A stretch of DNA of 64,000 bases from Candidatus Cloacimonadota bacterium (GCA_963667255.1 OY762940.1:1056001-1120000), one strand, 5' to 3'. Shown: positions 10,477-21,582, counted from the stretch's first letter. Notes: generated from the sequence alone by a model not told the origin. A program made the numbers and translations.

Positions 10477-11676
10477 ATGAAAATCTTCGTGTTAAATTGT
10501 GGTAGTTCTTCGATTAAATTTCAGTTCATTAATACCGATGGTGGAGAGGTTCTTGCGAGTGGTTTGGTAGAAAAAATCGGCGAAGATATGGGAATTTACA
10601 CTTATAAAAGCGAACCATATACTAAAAAAAATCTCAATCTTTTGATAGAAGATCATTCAAAGGGAATAAATTTTATTTTGAGTGATTTGATGCATGAAGA
10701 GCATGGAGTTATTGCTTCGGTTGCAGAGATTGATGGTGTCGGTCACAGAGTTGTGCATGGCGGAGAGGAGTATTCCAAGTCGGTTATTATTGATGAAAAT
10801 GTAAAAAAAGCTATTAGAGATTGTTCTGCGATAGCTCCACTGCATAATCCGGCAAATATGATGGGAATAGAAGCTGTGGGAAAAGTATTGACCGGAGTGA
10901 AACATGTGGCGGTTTTTGATACAGCTTTTCATCAAACTATGCCTCCCAAAGCTTATCTTTACGGGTTACCTCTCAAATATTATACTGAACACAAAATCAG
11001 AAGATATGGATTTCATGGCACAAGTCATAAATATGTTGCTGAGAAAGTATCAGAGCATGAGAAAAGAATGCTCAGGAGCATGAAAATTATTACTTGCCAT
11101 ATTGGTAACGGTGCTTCTATTGCTGCTATAAATCGTGGTGAGTCTGTTGATACTTCTATGGGGTTTACTCCGATTGAAGGAGTTTTGATGGGTACAAGAA
11201 GTGGTGATGTTGACCCAGGTATTATCATGTTTATGATAGAAAATTTGGGAATGAGCCTGAAAGAAGTTCAACATGTCATCAATAAAAACAGTGGAATTTT
11301 GGGATTATCCGAGTATAGTAACGATTTGCGAGAGATAGAAAACAAAATTATTAATGAGCACGATAAGAAGATTGCTACTGCATTTGATGTTTATTGCTAC
11401 AAAATAAAGAAGTATATAGGTGCCTATGCAGCCGTGATGAATGGTGTTGATGTTATTGTTTTTACCGGTGGTGTTGGTGAAAATATGGCGATTTTGAGAG
11501 AGATGGTTTGTTCGGATATGGATTATCTCGGTGTGAAAATTGATGTTAACAAAAATAAAGAAAGAGTCGATGGGATTTTGGAATTTTCTACGGAAGATTC
11601 TAAAGTCAAGCTGCTCAAAATTCCTACCAACGAAGAGTTGATGATTGCTATGGAAACTGAAGGAATACTCAAATAG
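10477..11676 (+). CDS. ackA: Acetate kinase
   Basis: VLNCGSSSIK, GHRVVHGG, APLHNP, RRYGFHGTSH, TGGVGEN. Confidence 0.97.
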   Translation: MKIFVLNCGSSSIKFQFINTDGGEVLASGLVEKIGEDMGIYTYKSEPYTKKNLNLLIEDHSKGINFILSDLMHEEHGVIASVAEIDGVGHRVVHGGEEYSKSVIIDENVKKAIRDCSAIAPLHNPANMMGIEAVGKVLTGVKHVAVFDTAFHQTMPPKAYLYGLPLKYYTEHKIRRYGFHGTSHKYVAEKVSEHEKRMLRSMKIITCHIGNGASIAAINRGESVDTSMGFTPIEGVLMGTRSGDVDPGIIMFMIENLGMSLKEVQHVINKNSGILGLSEYSNDLREIENKIINEHDKKIATAFDVYCYKIKKYIGAYAAVMNGVDVIVFTGGVGENMAILREMVCSDMDYLGVKIDVNKNKERVDGILEFSTEDSKVKLLKIPTNEELMIAMETEGILK

Positions 11677-11694
11677 AGTAAGAAAATTATACGG

Positions 11695-11724
11695 AAGCCA
11701 TCTGATTTTGCGGGTGGCTTTTTT
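11695..11724 (+). terminator. Intrinsic terminator after ackA
   Basis: AAGCCATC...GGTGGCTT hairpin followed by T run, between convergent genes. Confidence 0.7.
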
Positions 11725-11730
11725 ATTTGG

Positions 11731-12591
11731 TCAATTTTTCTCGTTGATTTCTTTGATTAACTCTATCAACTTTCTGCTTTTGGGAACAAAAACGGGGATT
11801 TTTTTTGCTAATATTTTGGCTTTTCCTTTTTCTCCTAATTCCAAATAAATTTTTATCAGAGATTCAAAAATAGTGGAATCGAATGGCGAAAAACGCAAGG
11901 CTTGTTTGTAAAATTCGATGGATTGTGAAAACAGTCCAATATTGTAGGCAGCTACGGCAAGCAGTTTAATGTTTCCGAGAAATTCAAATCCTGTGTTTTT
12001 TGCTTTTATCAGATAATTGTATCCGGCTACCCAGTTCTCTTTTTGAAAATAGTAGTATCCAGTAAGAAAATGGATTTTGTCGTTATTCGGGTACTTTCTT
12101 CTCAAGTTATCTAACATCTCTTTCGCTTTGTCGAACTTATGGAAAGTTATGTATTGCTCACAAAGCATAAAAAAAACAGCTTCAGGAATTATGGGGTCGT
12201 TTAGTGTCGATTCCAATAGAGATATAGCCAAATCGTTCAACTTCAGATGGATACAACAGACAGCTTTTTGAAAGATAACAAAACAGGAAGGATTAGAAAT
12301 CTCTTCCAAGCATTTTTTGGCTGCAACGAAATTGAATTTGCTCATATGTAGGAGAGCGATTTTGTAGAGAATATCTTCCGAACCAAGAGAAAAAGTGCAG
12401 GCTTGATTGTAGTATTCCATAGCTTTTTCTGTATTCTGTTTGCTGCTATACAGGTCGCCGATAGCGGTTAGAAGTTTCGGATTGCCGACAAATTCGCTCA
12501 GCCCGTTTTGCAGGATTTGCAACGCCTCAATCCAATTATTTGTTTGATATTGGGAAGCCAAGGCGATGATGGAGTCAATTTTGTTTTGCAT
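11731..12591 (-). CDS. Tetratricopeptide repeat protein
   Basis: Repeated TPR-like helices (IGDLY...AMEYYNQA; SIEFYKQALRFSP). Confidence 0.75.
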   Translation of the reverse strand: MQNKIDSIIALASQYQTNNWIEALQILQNGLSEFVGNPKLLTAIGDLYSSKQNTEKAMEYYNQACTFSLGSEDILYKIALLHMSKFNFVAAKKCLEEISNPSCFVIFQKAVCCIHLKLNDLAISLLESTLNDPIIPEAVFFMLCEQYITFHKFDKAKEMLDNLRRKYPNNDKIHFLTGYYYFQKENWVAGYNYLIKAKNTGFEFLGNIKLLAVAAYNIGLFSQSIEFYKQALRFSPFDSTIFESLIKIYLELGEKGKAKILAKKIPVFVPKSRKLIELIKEINEKN

Positions 12592-13949
12592 TACATCCCG
12601 AAGTTTTTGGGCATCCCATTCATCTTGCCCAGATTTTTCATCATATTTTTGCGATTTTTCGGATTGGAAAATTGTTTCATCATCTTTTTCATCTGTTCGA
12701 ATTGCCTCAAAAGCGTGTTAACTTCTTGCACGGAAGTTCCGCTACCTTTGGCTATTCGCTTCCTTCTCTGACCATCGATAAGATTGTGCTTTTGTCGCTC
12801 TTTTATGGTCATAGAAGTGATGATGGCTTCTGTTCGTTTAAATCTCTTCGGGTCTAAATCCGCTGATTGAAGCATTGATGAGTTCATACCGGGAATCATT
12901 TTCAAAAGTGAAGAAAGTGAACCCATTTTTTCAATTTTTTTGAGTTGACTCAAAAAATCCTCAAGAGTGAACTGATTTTTCAGCATTCTTTGGGTTAGTT
13001 TTTCAGCCTCTTCTTGGTTGATGTTTTTCTCGGCTTTTTCTATGAAGCTAAGAATATCTCCCATCCCCAAGATGCGAGATGCCATTCTATCGGGATAAAA
13101 TTTTTCTAAATCGGAAATTTTTTCGCCGACACCGCAGAAAGCGATAGGTTTTTGGGTAATGGCTCTGATGGATAGTGCAGCACCACCGCGTGCATCGGAA
13201 TCCAATTTTGTCAAGATACAGGCATCCATCCCGACTTGCTCGGAAAATCCTTTCGCTGAATTGACAGCATCTTGTCCTGTCATGGCGTCCGCCACAAAGA
13301 AGATGTAGTCTGGCTTGATTTTTTTCTTAATCAGAGAAAGCTCATCCATCAACTCTTGGTCTAAATGAAGCCGACCCGCTGTATCGATGATTATTAGATT
13401 ATTGTTCTCTTTTTCGGCTCTCTTTATCGCTGATTTGCAAATCTTGATAACATCACTTTTGCCTTGATTTTCCACAGGAATGCCAAGCTGTTTTCCCAAG
13501 GTTTCCAACTGTTCAATGGCGGCGGGACGATAAATGTCGCAAGCAACCAAAAGTGGGTCGAGTTTCAGATTTTTTCGAGCGTAATTAGCGAGCTTAGCAC
13601 AAGTTGTGGTTTTCCCCGAGCCTTGCAATCCTACGAGCATAACGATATTTGTTTTGTTAGTCGGCAAATTCGGTTTGAACTCGCTTTCGCCCATCAACTT
13701 GGTGAGCTGCTCGTTAACAATCTTGATGATTTGTTGACTGGGATTTAGGCTCTTCAGAACTTTTTGACCGACCGCAAGCTGTCCAATCTCATTGATGAAA
13801 TTTTTAACAATCTTGAAATTGACATCAGCCTCAAGTAAAGCAAGCCGCACTTGTTTCAGAGCATCTTGAATGTTGCTCTCGTTAAGCACGGCATTACCTT
13901 GGAGAGTTTTAAAAATATTTTGAAATTTATCTGACAGGTTATCAAACAT
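12591..13949 (-). CDS. ffh: Signal recognition particle protein
   Basis: ALLEADV, GLQGSGKTT, DTAGR, TKLD, Met-rich M domain RRKRIAKGSG. Confidence 0.97.
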   Translation of the reverse strand: MFDNLSDKFQNIFKTLQGNAVLNESNIQDALKQVRLALLEADVNFKIVKNFINEIGQLAVGQKVLKSLNPSQQIIKIVNEQLTKLMGESEFKPNLPTNKTNIVMLVGLQGSGKTTTCAKLANYARKNLKLDPLLVACDIYRPAAIEQLETLGKQLGIPVENQGKSDVIKICKSAIKRAEKENNNLIIIDTAGRLHLDQELMDELSLIKKKIKPDYIFFVADAMTGQDAVNSAKGFSEQVGMDACILTKLDSDARGGAALSIRAITQKPIAFCGVGEKISDLEKFYPDRMASRILGMGDILSFIEKAEKNINQEEAEKLTQRMLKNQFTLEDFLSQLKKIEKMGSLSSLLKMIPGMNSSMLQSADLDPKRFKRTEAIITSMTIKERQKHNLIDGQRRKRIAKGSGTSVQEVNTLLRQFEQMKKMMKQFSNPKNRKNMMKNLGKMNGMPKNFGM

Positions 13950-13958
13950 AAGGTAAAA

Positions 13959-14966
13959 TTACAGTTTTTCTCCCAGCAATTGAGCCAGTTGCACCACTCT
14001 GTTGGAATAACCCCATTCGTTATCATACCAAATAATCAACTTTGCAAAATCATCGCCAATCATTTGTGTGGAGTCCGCATCAAAAATGCAAGAGTGGCTA
14101 TTTTGGATGATATCAACAGAAACGATTTTGTCCTCGGTGTATTCCAAAATGCCTTTCAAATTAGTTTCGGCAGCTTTTTTGACAGCTTGATTGATTTCGG
14201 CGATAGTAGTGCTTTTTTTCAGTTTAACGGTCAAATCTACCAAAGACCCCGTAATTGTAGGCACTCTGACTGCACAACCATCCAATTTGCCCTTGAGGCT
14301 TGGAATAACTTTTTCTACCGCACTGGTAGCACCAGTAGTGGTTGGGATGATAGATTGACAAGCGGCTCTGCCTCTGCGGAGATCGGAGTGAGGGCGGTCC
14401 ATCAAAACTTGGTCGGAGGTGTAAGAGTGAATAGTGGTCATAAAAGCTTCTTCGATGCCGAATGTGTCTTCGATTACTTTGGCGACCGGAGCCAAACAGT
14501 TGGTGGTGCAAGAAGCGTTGGAATAACTTTTTTTAGAGTGGTCTATTTCGTTAGAGTTGACACCCAAAACAATAGTTTGGTCGATGCTGTCTTTTGCTGG
14601 CACAGTCAAAATAACTTTTTTTGCACCCGCATCGATATGGTCGAGATAACCACCTTTATCGCTTTTGGCGTTTCTGAAGATGCCTGTAGATTCTATGGCA
14701 ACATCAACTCCTAACTCTTTCCAGGGCAAGGCAATGATATTTTTTTCAGAAAGAATTTTGACCTTCTTCCCATTGATGACAATGGCATCGTTTTCTGCCT
14801 TTACTTCGCCCGGGAATCTACCGTAAGTTGAGTCGTATTTGAGCAAGTGTGCCAAAGTTTTGGCATCGGCTAAATCGTTGATTGCGACAATTTCTATCCC
14901 TTTTTCGACGGCAATTTTGGTAACAGCCCTGCCGATTCTTCCAAATCCGTTAATAGCTATTTTCAT
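13959..14966 (-). CDS. gap: Type I glyceraldehyde-3-phosphate dehydrogenase
   Basis: INGFGRIGR, SNASCTTNCLAP, WYDNEWGYS. Confidence 0.98.
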   Translation of the reverse strand: MKIAINGFGRIGRAVTKIAVEKGIEIVAINDLADAKTLAHLLKYDSTYGRFPGEVKAENDAIVINGKKVKILSEKNIIALPWKELGVDVAIESTGIFRNAKSDKGGYLDHIDAGAKKVILTVPAKDSIDQTIVLGVNSNEIDHSKKSYSNASCTTNCLAPVAKVIEDTFGIEEAFMTTIHSYTSDQVLMDRPHSDLRRGRAACQSIIPTTTGATSAVEKVIPSLKGKLDGCAVRVPTITGSLVDLTVKLKKSTTIAEINQAVKKAAETNLKGILEYTEDKIVSVDIIQNSHSCIFDADSTQMIGDDFAKLIIWYDNEWGYSNRVVQLAQLLGEKL

Positions 14967-15193
14967 TTTTACTATTGTCCTTTTTTCTTAAATTATTAAA
15001 ACGAAGTTGAAAGTTAATAAATTTATGTCAATACAAATTCCCCAAATATCCGCTTATTTTTATGCGAAACAAAAAAATATAATTATGAGGAATTTGCATA
15101 AAATAAGGCGTTGTGAACTTGTTTTTTTTCATTGACACAAATCCAATCCAGTCAATTGATACTCCAGAAACTTGAGGTATAAAAGGAAAACAA

Positions 15194-16006
15194 ATGAGAA
15201 ATTTTAAAATTAAAAAATTTTTGTTTTTGCTGGTGTTTTGCCTGATATTGGGCGCTTGTAATTCCAAAAATGAAGCAAGTAAAAAGGGAGATAGAATAGT
15301 GATTATTAAAACTAACATGGGTGATATTACTTTGGAGTTGTTCAGCGGTTTAGCTCCTAAAACGGTTGCCAATTTTGTTGATTTGGCGAGTGGCAAGAAG
15401 ACAGGTAAGCCGTTTTACGACGGACTCATTTTCCATAGAGTAATCAAAGATTTTATGATACAAGGCGGTTGCCCGCTTGGCACAGGCACAGGTGGTCCGG
15501 GATACTCTTTTGAGGATGAATGCTATGCAGACGGCGAACTTTTGACAGGTAATGTGGATAGCGAGGAAAAGGCTTTGGAAGTTTTTCAAGCTATTTTGGT
15601 GCCATATTTGCAAAAAAACGGACACGAATCCAACAAGGAAATTGTGGATTTGGTAACCGAGTGTGGTAATCAACAGTCGGGCAAACCTCTGATGGGAAAA
15701 ACTATAGAAGATTACCAAAAATTAACAGGTCAAGAAGACAAGAAGTTTTACACCAGAGGTGAACTCAAAGCGTCTGTTGACTATGGGACTATCTGTATGG
15801 CAAATTCCGGTCCTAATACAAACGGAAGTCAGTTCTTTATCGTTACCAAAAAAGACGGTTGCGATTGGCTCAACGGCAAACATACTGTGTTTGGCAAAGT
15901 GATAGACGGGATGGATGTTGTGTTAAAAATTCAGGATGTGAAGACCGGTGCCCAAGATAAACCAATCGAAAAAGTGGTTATTGAGGAAGTTGTAGTCAAG
16001 AGCTAA
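15194..16006 (+). CDS. Cyclophilin-type PPIase, lipoprotein, with internal insertion
   Basis: Lipobox LGAC; FHRVIKDFMIQGG, MANSGPNTNGSQFFI, HTVFGKV. Confidence 0.9.
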   Translation: MRNFKIKKFLFLLVFCLILGACNSKNEASKKGDRIVIIKTNMGDITLELFSGLAPKTVANFVDLASGKKTGKPFYDGLIFHRVIKDFMIQGGCPLGTGTGGPGYSFEDECYADGELLTGNVDSEEKALEVFQAILVPYLQKNGHESNKEIVDLVTECGNQQSGKPLMGKTIEDYQKLTGQEDKKFYTRGELKASVDYGTICMANSGPNTNGSQFFIVTKKDGCDWLNGKHTVFGKVIDGMDVVLKIQDVKTGAQDKPIEKVVIEEVVVKS

Positions 16007-16046
16007 CATATTGAGGGCTGTGGTTTTCTGAAATTTTTTTAAGAGG

Positions 16047-17813
16047 GTGGAAAAGGTGAATTTGGATTTTTTGGGTGAAAAAAAAAGAAGTCATTATTGT
16101 GCTAAATTAGATAGCAGTTGCGTAGGCAATAAGGTCAATTTGTGCGGTTGGGTGCATCGCCGTCGAGATTTGGGCAAGCTCATTTTTGTTGAGCTGAGGG
16201 ATGCTACTGGGATTGTGCAGGTAGTTTTTGATTCCGGCTCTTTCGCCGATTTTGCGAAAGTTGAATCGTTGCGGGCAGAATTTGTTGTTTGGGTTCGTGG
16301 CACAGTGCAACCGAAAGGCAATTCCAAAGAGATAGAGGTTTTGGCAGAGGAATTATTGCTACTCAACAACGCTCCCGAGCTTCCTGTGCAAGTCAACGAG
16401 GGAACTATCGCCGATGAGGATATTAGACTAAAATATCGTTATTTGGATTTGCGTCGTCCTGCTTTGCAAAGTATAATCAAGATGCGTTCAAAGATTATCA
16501 GCAAAATTCGTAACTTCCTTGATAACGAAGACTTTTACGAGATTGAGACGCCAATCCTGATGAAAAGCACTCCCGAGGGAGCCCGCGACTATTTGGTGCC
16601 TTCGAGGTTGCAACACGGCAGTTTTTTCGCTTTGCCTCAATCTCCGCAAATATACAAACAACTTTTGATGATTTCCGGTTTTGACAGATATTATCAAATA
16701 GCTAAATGCTTTAGAGACGAAGATTTGCGTGCTGACCGTCAGCCAGAGTTTACGCAATTGGATATGGAGATGAGTTTTGTGTCTCAAGAAGATATTTTTG
16801 ATGTAAATCAGAGATTGTTCAAGTATCTTTTCAAAGAGATTTTGAGTGTAGAGTTGGCTGATTTTCCGAGGATTACCTACAAAAAAGCGATGGAAGATTA
16901 TGGCACGGATAAGCCCGATTTGCGGTTTGGTTTAAAGCTGAAGAATCTGACAACTGCTCTCAAGGATAGTGAATTTAAGGTGTTCTCTTCCGCCATAGAT
17001 AGTGGTGGCAGTGTTCGCTGTGTGGTTGCTCCCGATTGTAGCGGTTATTCCCGCAAGCAGATTGATGAGTTTGTGGGAATTGCCAAGCATCTTGGTGGAA
17101 ACGGTTTGGCTTATACCAAGGTTGTGGATGGTAAATTGGACGGTGGGATTGCCAAATTTTTGAACGAAACAGAGCAGAAAGCGATTTTGGAAGTGAGTGA
17201 AGCTAAAGATGGTGACCTTATTTTTTACGCTAGCGACAGGGACAAGATTGTTTTCAAGGTGCTGGACGGAGTTCGCAGGGAGATAGGCAAGCAATTGAAT
17301 CTGTGCAATGATGAAGATTTTGCGTTTGCTTGGATTACCGATTTCCCACTTTTTGAGTATGACGATGAAGAGGGAAGATGGGTTGCCTGTCATCATATGT
17401 TTACCAATCCCAAAGATGAGCATATCAAATTTTTTGAGAATGAAGCCGATTACGGCAAGATAGAGGGGATGCTTTACGATTTGGTTTGCAACGGTATGGA
17501 AATCAGCTCTGGTAGTATTCGTTGTCATAGAGCGGATATTCAGAAGAAAATTTTCGATTTACTCGGATTTGAAGAGGAAGAGCTGGAGCGGAAATTCGGA
17601 TTTTTCTTGGAGGCTCTTCGCTATGGGACTCCTCCGCACGGTGGTATCGCTCCGGGAATAGACAGAATGGTGATGATTATGACCAATGCATCCTCTATTC
17701 GCGATGTTATTGCTTTCCCAAAAACTTTGAAGGCTGTGGACTTGATGAGTCAGTCTCCTTCGCCGGTTGATAGCTATCAATTGGATGAGTTGGGTATCAA
17801 AATTAAAGAATAG
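16047..17813 (+). CDS. aspS: Aspartate--tRNA ligase
   Basis: [40 protein letters not shown]. Confidence 0.97.
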   Translation: MEKVNLDFLGEKKRSHYCAKLDSSCVGNKVNLCGWVHRRRDLGKLIFVELRDATGIVQVVFDSGSFADFAKVESLRAEFVVWVRGTVQPKGNSKEIEVLAEELLLLNNAPELPVQVNEGTIADEDIRLKYRYLDLRRPALQSIIKMRSKIISKIRNFLDNEDFYEIETPILMKSTPEGARDYLVPSRLQHGSFFALPQSPQIYKQLLMISGFDRYYQIAKCFRDEDLRADRQPEFTQLDMEMSFVSQEDIFDVNQRLFKYLFKEILSVELADFPRITYKKAMEDYGTDKPDLRFGLKLKNLTTALKDSEFKVFSSAIDSGGSVRCVVAPDCSGYSRKQIDEFVGIAKHLGGNGLAYTKVVDGKLDGGIAKFLNETEQKAILEVSEAKDGDLIFYASDRDKIVFKVLDGVRREIGKQLNLCNDEDFAFAWITDFPLFEYDDEEGRWVACHHMFTNPKDEHIKFFENEADYGKIEGMLYDLVCNGMEISSGSIRCHRADIQKKIFDLLGFEEEELERKFGFFLEALRYGTPPHGGIAPGIDRMVMIMTNASSIRDVIAFPKTLKAVDLMSQSPSPVDSYQLDELGIKIKE

Positions 17814-17861
17814 ATTACTAAATATAAAATTGTAATTCACGAAATAGGAGTGAGTTAAGGA

Positions 17862-18047
17862 GTGGAAATGGAGTATATTGTAGAAAAAAATTTGTTTGTG
17901 ACTAAATTGGAAAAATTTTTGAATGAAAAGGCTGCGGAAGGATATGCGCTTTGCTCTGTCGTTCCGGGAGAAATAGAGAAAGACTACAAAGGTATGGGCA
18001 ACGACCGTATTGGTATGGTCAATGTGGTAATGTGTAAGGAAAATTGA
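17862..18047 (+). CDS. Small hypothetical protein (DUF4177-like pattern)
   Basis: SD upstream; EY.V...LEKFLNEKAAEGY pattern; stop overlaps next start. Confidence 0.5.
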   Translation: MEMEYIVEKNLFVTKLEKFLNEKAAEGYALCSVVPGEIEKDYKGMGNDRIGMVNVVMCKEN

Positions 18048-18910
18048 TGTCTGTAAAAGTTATAGTTAGTGTTGACGGTGAGAAGATAACTCAAACCGAT
18101 TTGGATAGGATTGTTAAGGCTTTTGCTCATCAGGAAAATAAAAAGCCTAAAGAGGTTACTCAGGAACAAAGAAAGTTTTTGTTAGACAGGCTTGTCCAAA
18201 ACAATCTTCTCTTTGCAGAGGGTAAGGCAAGGAATTTGGAAGTTGCCGAATCGGAAGTGGAACGAGAGTTGAACTCTTATTATACAAGATTTGGCTCTAA
18301 AGAGAAATTTGAAGAGTTATTAGAGAAAGAGGGTGTGAGCATCAAGAAATTTACTGCCGATTTGCACAGAGATTTGTTGATTCACAAAACTATCGATTCG
18401 GAGATTGAAGCTAAGGCTGAAGTTACGGACGAGGATGCGAAAGATTATTATAGCAAGAATAAGGACAAAATGGTAATTCCCGAAAAAGTGGGTGCAAGTC
18501 ATATTTTGTTTAGTAATCAGGACAGTAGCGATGAGAAAGCCAAAACTAAAGCGGACAAGGTGTTGGATGAGATAAAAGGCGGCAAGGTTTTTGCCGAGTG
18601 TGCCAGAGAGTATTCCGATTGTCCGTCCAAAGAAAAAGGCGGTTTGCTGGGCGATTTTACCAAAGGTCAGATGGTGCCCGAGTTTGAGAAAGCTGTTTTT
18701 GAGATGGAAGTTGGAGATTTATCCGAGCCTGTGAAGACGCAATTTGGTTATCATATTATCAAAAAAAATTCCCAAACTGCCCAGCAAGAGTTGGATTTTG
18801 AATCTGTAAAGGCGTATATTGTCAAGGAACTCAAAATGGTTCAGGGCAAGAAGATTATTGATGCTCTTACCGAAAATTTGAGAGAGAAAGCTAAAATTGA
18901 ATATTTGTAG
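18047..18910 (+). CDS. Parvulin (PpiC)-type peptidylprolyl isomerase with SurA-like N-domain
   Basis: ASHIL, AREYSDCPS, GGLLG, GQMVPEFE, TQFGYHII; no obvious signal peptide. Confidence 0.88.
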   Translation: MSVKVIVSVDGEKITQTDLDRIVKAFAHQENKKPKEVTQEQRKFLLDRLVQNNLLFAEGKARNLEVAESEVERELNSYYTRFGSKEKFEELLEKEGVSIKKFTADLHRDLLIHKTIDSEIEAKAEVTDEDAKDYYSKNKDKMVIPEKVGASHILFSNQDSSDEKAKTKADKVLDEIKGGKVFAECAREYSDCPSKEKGGLLGDFTKGQMVPEFEKAVFEMEVGDLSEPVKTQFGYHIIKKNSQTAQQELDFESVKAYIVKELKMVQGKKIIDALTENLREKAKIEYL

Positions 18911-18919
18911 TGCGACTGT

Positions 18920-20074
18920 ATGACCAAAAACGAGGAATTACAGGCAATAGCCGAAGAGGTAGCGAAGAGGCAGAAATTTAGCCCTTATGCTTGCGATGGC
19001 TTGAAGATTGAGAGATTAAAAGAGGAGAGCGGACATTCTTTTCGTTCTCCTTTTGCTTTGGATAGAGACCGCATTCTCTACAGTGGTGCGTATCGGCGTT
19101 ATCAGGGGAAGACGCAGGTTTTTTCGTTCACAAATCAGTTTGATGAAGAGATGAGCAATCGCAATCTGCATACGACATATGTTTCGCAAATTTCCAGAAC
19201 GATAGCGAAAATGCTCGGCTTGAATCAAGAACTTACCGAGGCAATTGCTTTGGGACATGACCTCGGACACGCTCCTTTTGGACATGACGGAGAGAAGGCT
19301 CTGTCCAAATGCTCGCTGGAGTATGGTTTGGGCGAGTTTCATCACAATATTCAGTCCTTGTGGGTTGTGGACAAGATTGCCAAGAGAGGGCAAGGCTTGA
19401 ATTTGACTTTTGCGGTTCGTGATGGCATTGTCTCGCATGATGGGGAAGTGCATTCCGCAAAGTTGTTCCCCGACAGTAAGAAAGGCGAAGTTGAATTACA
19501 AAATTATGTAAATAGTAAAAATCTTGGCAAAAATCCTGAATTTATGCCTGCAACTATGGAGGGCTGTGTCGTGCGGATTGCGGACACGATAGCCTATATA
19601 GGTCAGGATGTGGAGGATGCGATAAGATACGGCTTAATCGCTCGCGAAGATTTGCCTACGGAAGTTGTGGAGCATCTCGGAGACAACAATTCCAAAATTG
19701 TCGATACGCTCATCAAGAGTGTGGTTCTCGGCTCATACGGGAAAAATTATGTTGCGTTCAGCGATAATACCGCCGATTATTTGTTGAGATTAAAGAAGTT
19801 TAACTACGATAAAATCTATTTTCAATCCGATAAAAATGTAAAAAGCAAAATTGAGTTTGGATTTAAAATATTGTTTGAGAAATATTTGGAAGATTTGCAA
19901 AAGAAGGATAAGAAATCTAAGATTTTTTGTCATTTTTTGGATAGCAAGGGTCGAGATTATTTGGACTCTGTCGAGAGCGAAGAAGACCCGAGAATTGTTT
20001 TAGATTTCATTTCCACGATGACAGACCGCTATTTCAATCAGGAACTAAAAGAGTATTTAATTCTCAGGAGTTAA
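18920..20074 (+). CDS. dgt: dGTP triphosphohydrolase-like HD protein
   Basis: DRDRILYS, KTQVF, GHDLGHAPFGH, ADTIAY. Confidence 0.85.
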   Translation: MTKNEELQAIAEEVAKRQKFSPYACDGLKIERLKEESGHSFRSPFALDRDRILYSGAYRRYQGKTQVFSFTNQFDEEMSNRNLHTTYVSQISRTIAKMLGLNQELTEAIALGHDLGHAPFGHDGEKALSKCSLEYGLGEFHHNIQSLWVVDKIAKRGQGLNLTFAVRDGIVSHDGEVHSAKLFPDSKKGEVELQNYVNSKNLGKNPEFMPATMEGCVVRIADTIAYIGQDVEDAIRYGLIAREDLPTEVVEHLGDNNSKIVDTLIKSVVLGSYGKNYVAFSDNTADYLLRLKKFNYDKIYFQSDKNVKSKIEFGFKILFEKYLEDLQKKDKKSKIFCHFLDSKGRDYLDSVESEEDPRIVLDFISTMTDRYFNQELKEYLILRS

Positions 20075-20080
20075 CATTTT

Positions 20081-20785
20081 ATGCCAGAAAAGAAAGTAAT
20101 TAAGAACTTGCCGAAGCATGTGGCGATAATTATGGATGGAAACGGCAGATGGGCAAAGAAGCGGTTTTTACCTCGCAAACTTGGTCACAGAGCCGGAGCA
20201 GAGGCTGTTCGCAAGGCTGTGGAATACGCTGTGGAAGTTGGTCTTGAGTGCTTGACATTGTATGCATTTTCTTCGGAAAATTGGAAAAGACCCAAAGATG
20301 AAGTCGATTCTCTGATGCGATTGTTGCTTGATTTTTTGCATAAAGAGCTGTCCAATCTACTAGAGAAAAACATAATTTTGAAAATCATCGGTGATTTGTC
20401 AGGTTTCCCGGAGGATTTGCGAGAAAAGTTGGCTGAGGCTCAAAATAAAACGATAGAGAATAACGGGACAACTCTTTGCATAGCTTTGGGTTACGGTGGA
20501 CAGGATGAGATACTCACGGCTGTGAACAATCTGATAGAGTCGGGCGTGAAAAAGATTACCAAGGAGAATTTGGAGAGCAGTCTATACACTTTTGGACTGC
20601 CGCCTTTGGATTTATTGATTAGGACAAGCGGAGAGCAAAGAATTTCCAATTTTTTGCTGTGGCAGGTTGCCTATAGCGAATTTTGGTTTACATCCGTGCT
20701 GTGGCCTGATTTTGACAAAAAAGAGTTTGAGAAGGCTCTTATTGATTTTGGTAAAAGACAACGAAGATATGGAGATGTGGAGTGA
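20081..20785 (+). CDS. uppS: Undecaprenyl diphosphate synthase
   Basis: HVAIIMDGNGRWA, FSSENWKRP, RTSGEQRISNFLLWQ. Confidence 0.97.
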   Translation: MPEKKVIKNLPKHVAIIMDGNGRWAKKRFLPRKLGHRAGAEAVRKAVEYAVEVGLECLTLYAFSSENWKRPKDEVDSLMRLLLDFLHKELSNLLEKNIILKIIGDLSGFPEDLREKLAEAQNKTIENNGTTLCIALGYGGQDEILTAVNNLIESGVKKITKENLESSLYTFGLPPLDLLIRTSGEQRISNFLLWQVAYSEFWFTSVLWPDFDKKEFEKALIDFGKRQRRYGDVE

Positions 20786-21582
20786 ATAATTTTTTAAAGA
20801 GGGTTCTTTTTGCAATAGTCGGGATACCGGTTTTCTTATTTTTGCTTTATAAGGGAGGCTACTTTTTGCTCTCTTTATTGGGAATTTTGGTTTTGTTGGG
20901 GAGTTTGGAATTTATAGCTATGGTCAAAAACAAAGGCATAATTATTCCAAAATTTACAATATTTATAAATCTGCTTATTTTTGTAAGTTTTGCACTATCC
21001 TACTATTTTTGGACTTTGTTGCTTTTTTTATATTTGTTTATTTTTCTCGCAATTTACAATATGACCCGCGAATTGTCGGGAGGAGTTCTAAGGATTTCTT
21101 GTGGAATTTTGAGTGCTTTGTATATTGCTTTCTTTTTGGGATGTGCCTACAAGATTTGGGCTATTGAGAGTATGCTGATTATTTGCGTCTTGGTTTTGGT
21201 GTGGGTTACAGATACTTTTGCTTACCTGATAGGAATGAGTTTGGGGCAGCATCGTGGATTTATCAAAGCGAGTCCGAAAAAGTCTTTGGAAGGATTTCTG
21301 GGCGGATTTTGCTTTTGCATTTTTTCAGGATACCTATTTAGTATTTTTTGTTTTAACTCGGAGCAAAATTTTATCCTCATTATCTCAGTGGCAATTGGTA
21401 TCATCGCTCAACTCGGAGATGTAGTGGCGTCCAGTTTCAAAAGAGATTGCCAAGTGAAAGACAGCGGAAATCTTTTGCCCGGTCATGGCGGAGTGATAGA
21501 TAGGTTCGACAGCTTGCTTTTGGTGGCTCCTGTGGTGTATCTGATAGCGATTTGGTATTACGGAATAGTTCAGATTTTTTGA
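20782..21582 (+). CDS. cdsA: Phosphatidate cytidylyltransferase
   Basis: SPKKSLEG, KRDCQVKDSGNLLPGHGGVIDRFDS. Confidence 0.93.
   Translation: MNNFLKRVLFAIVGIPVFLFLLYKGGYFLLSLLGILVLLGSLEFIAMVKNKGIIIPKFTIFINLLIFVSFALSYYFWTLLLFLYLFIFLAIYNMTRELSGGVLRISCGILSALYIAFFLGCAYKIWAIESMLIICVLVLVWVTDTFAYLIGMSLGQHRGFIKASPKKSLEGFLGGFCFCIFSGYLFSIFCFNSEQNFILIISVAIGIIAQLGDVVASSFKRDCQVKDSGNLLPGHGGVIDRFDSLLLVAPVVYLIAIWYYGIVQIF

Noticed and set aside
13980..14714. 244-aa antisense ORF over gap
   Set aside because: Shadow ORF opposite a conserved gene; no independent evidence.
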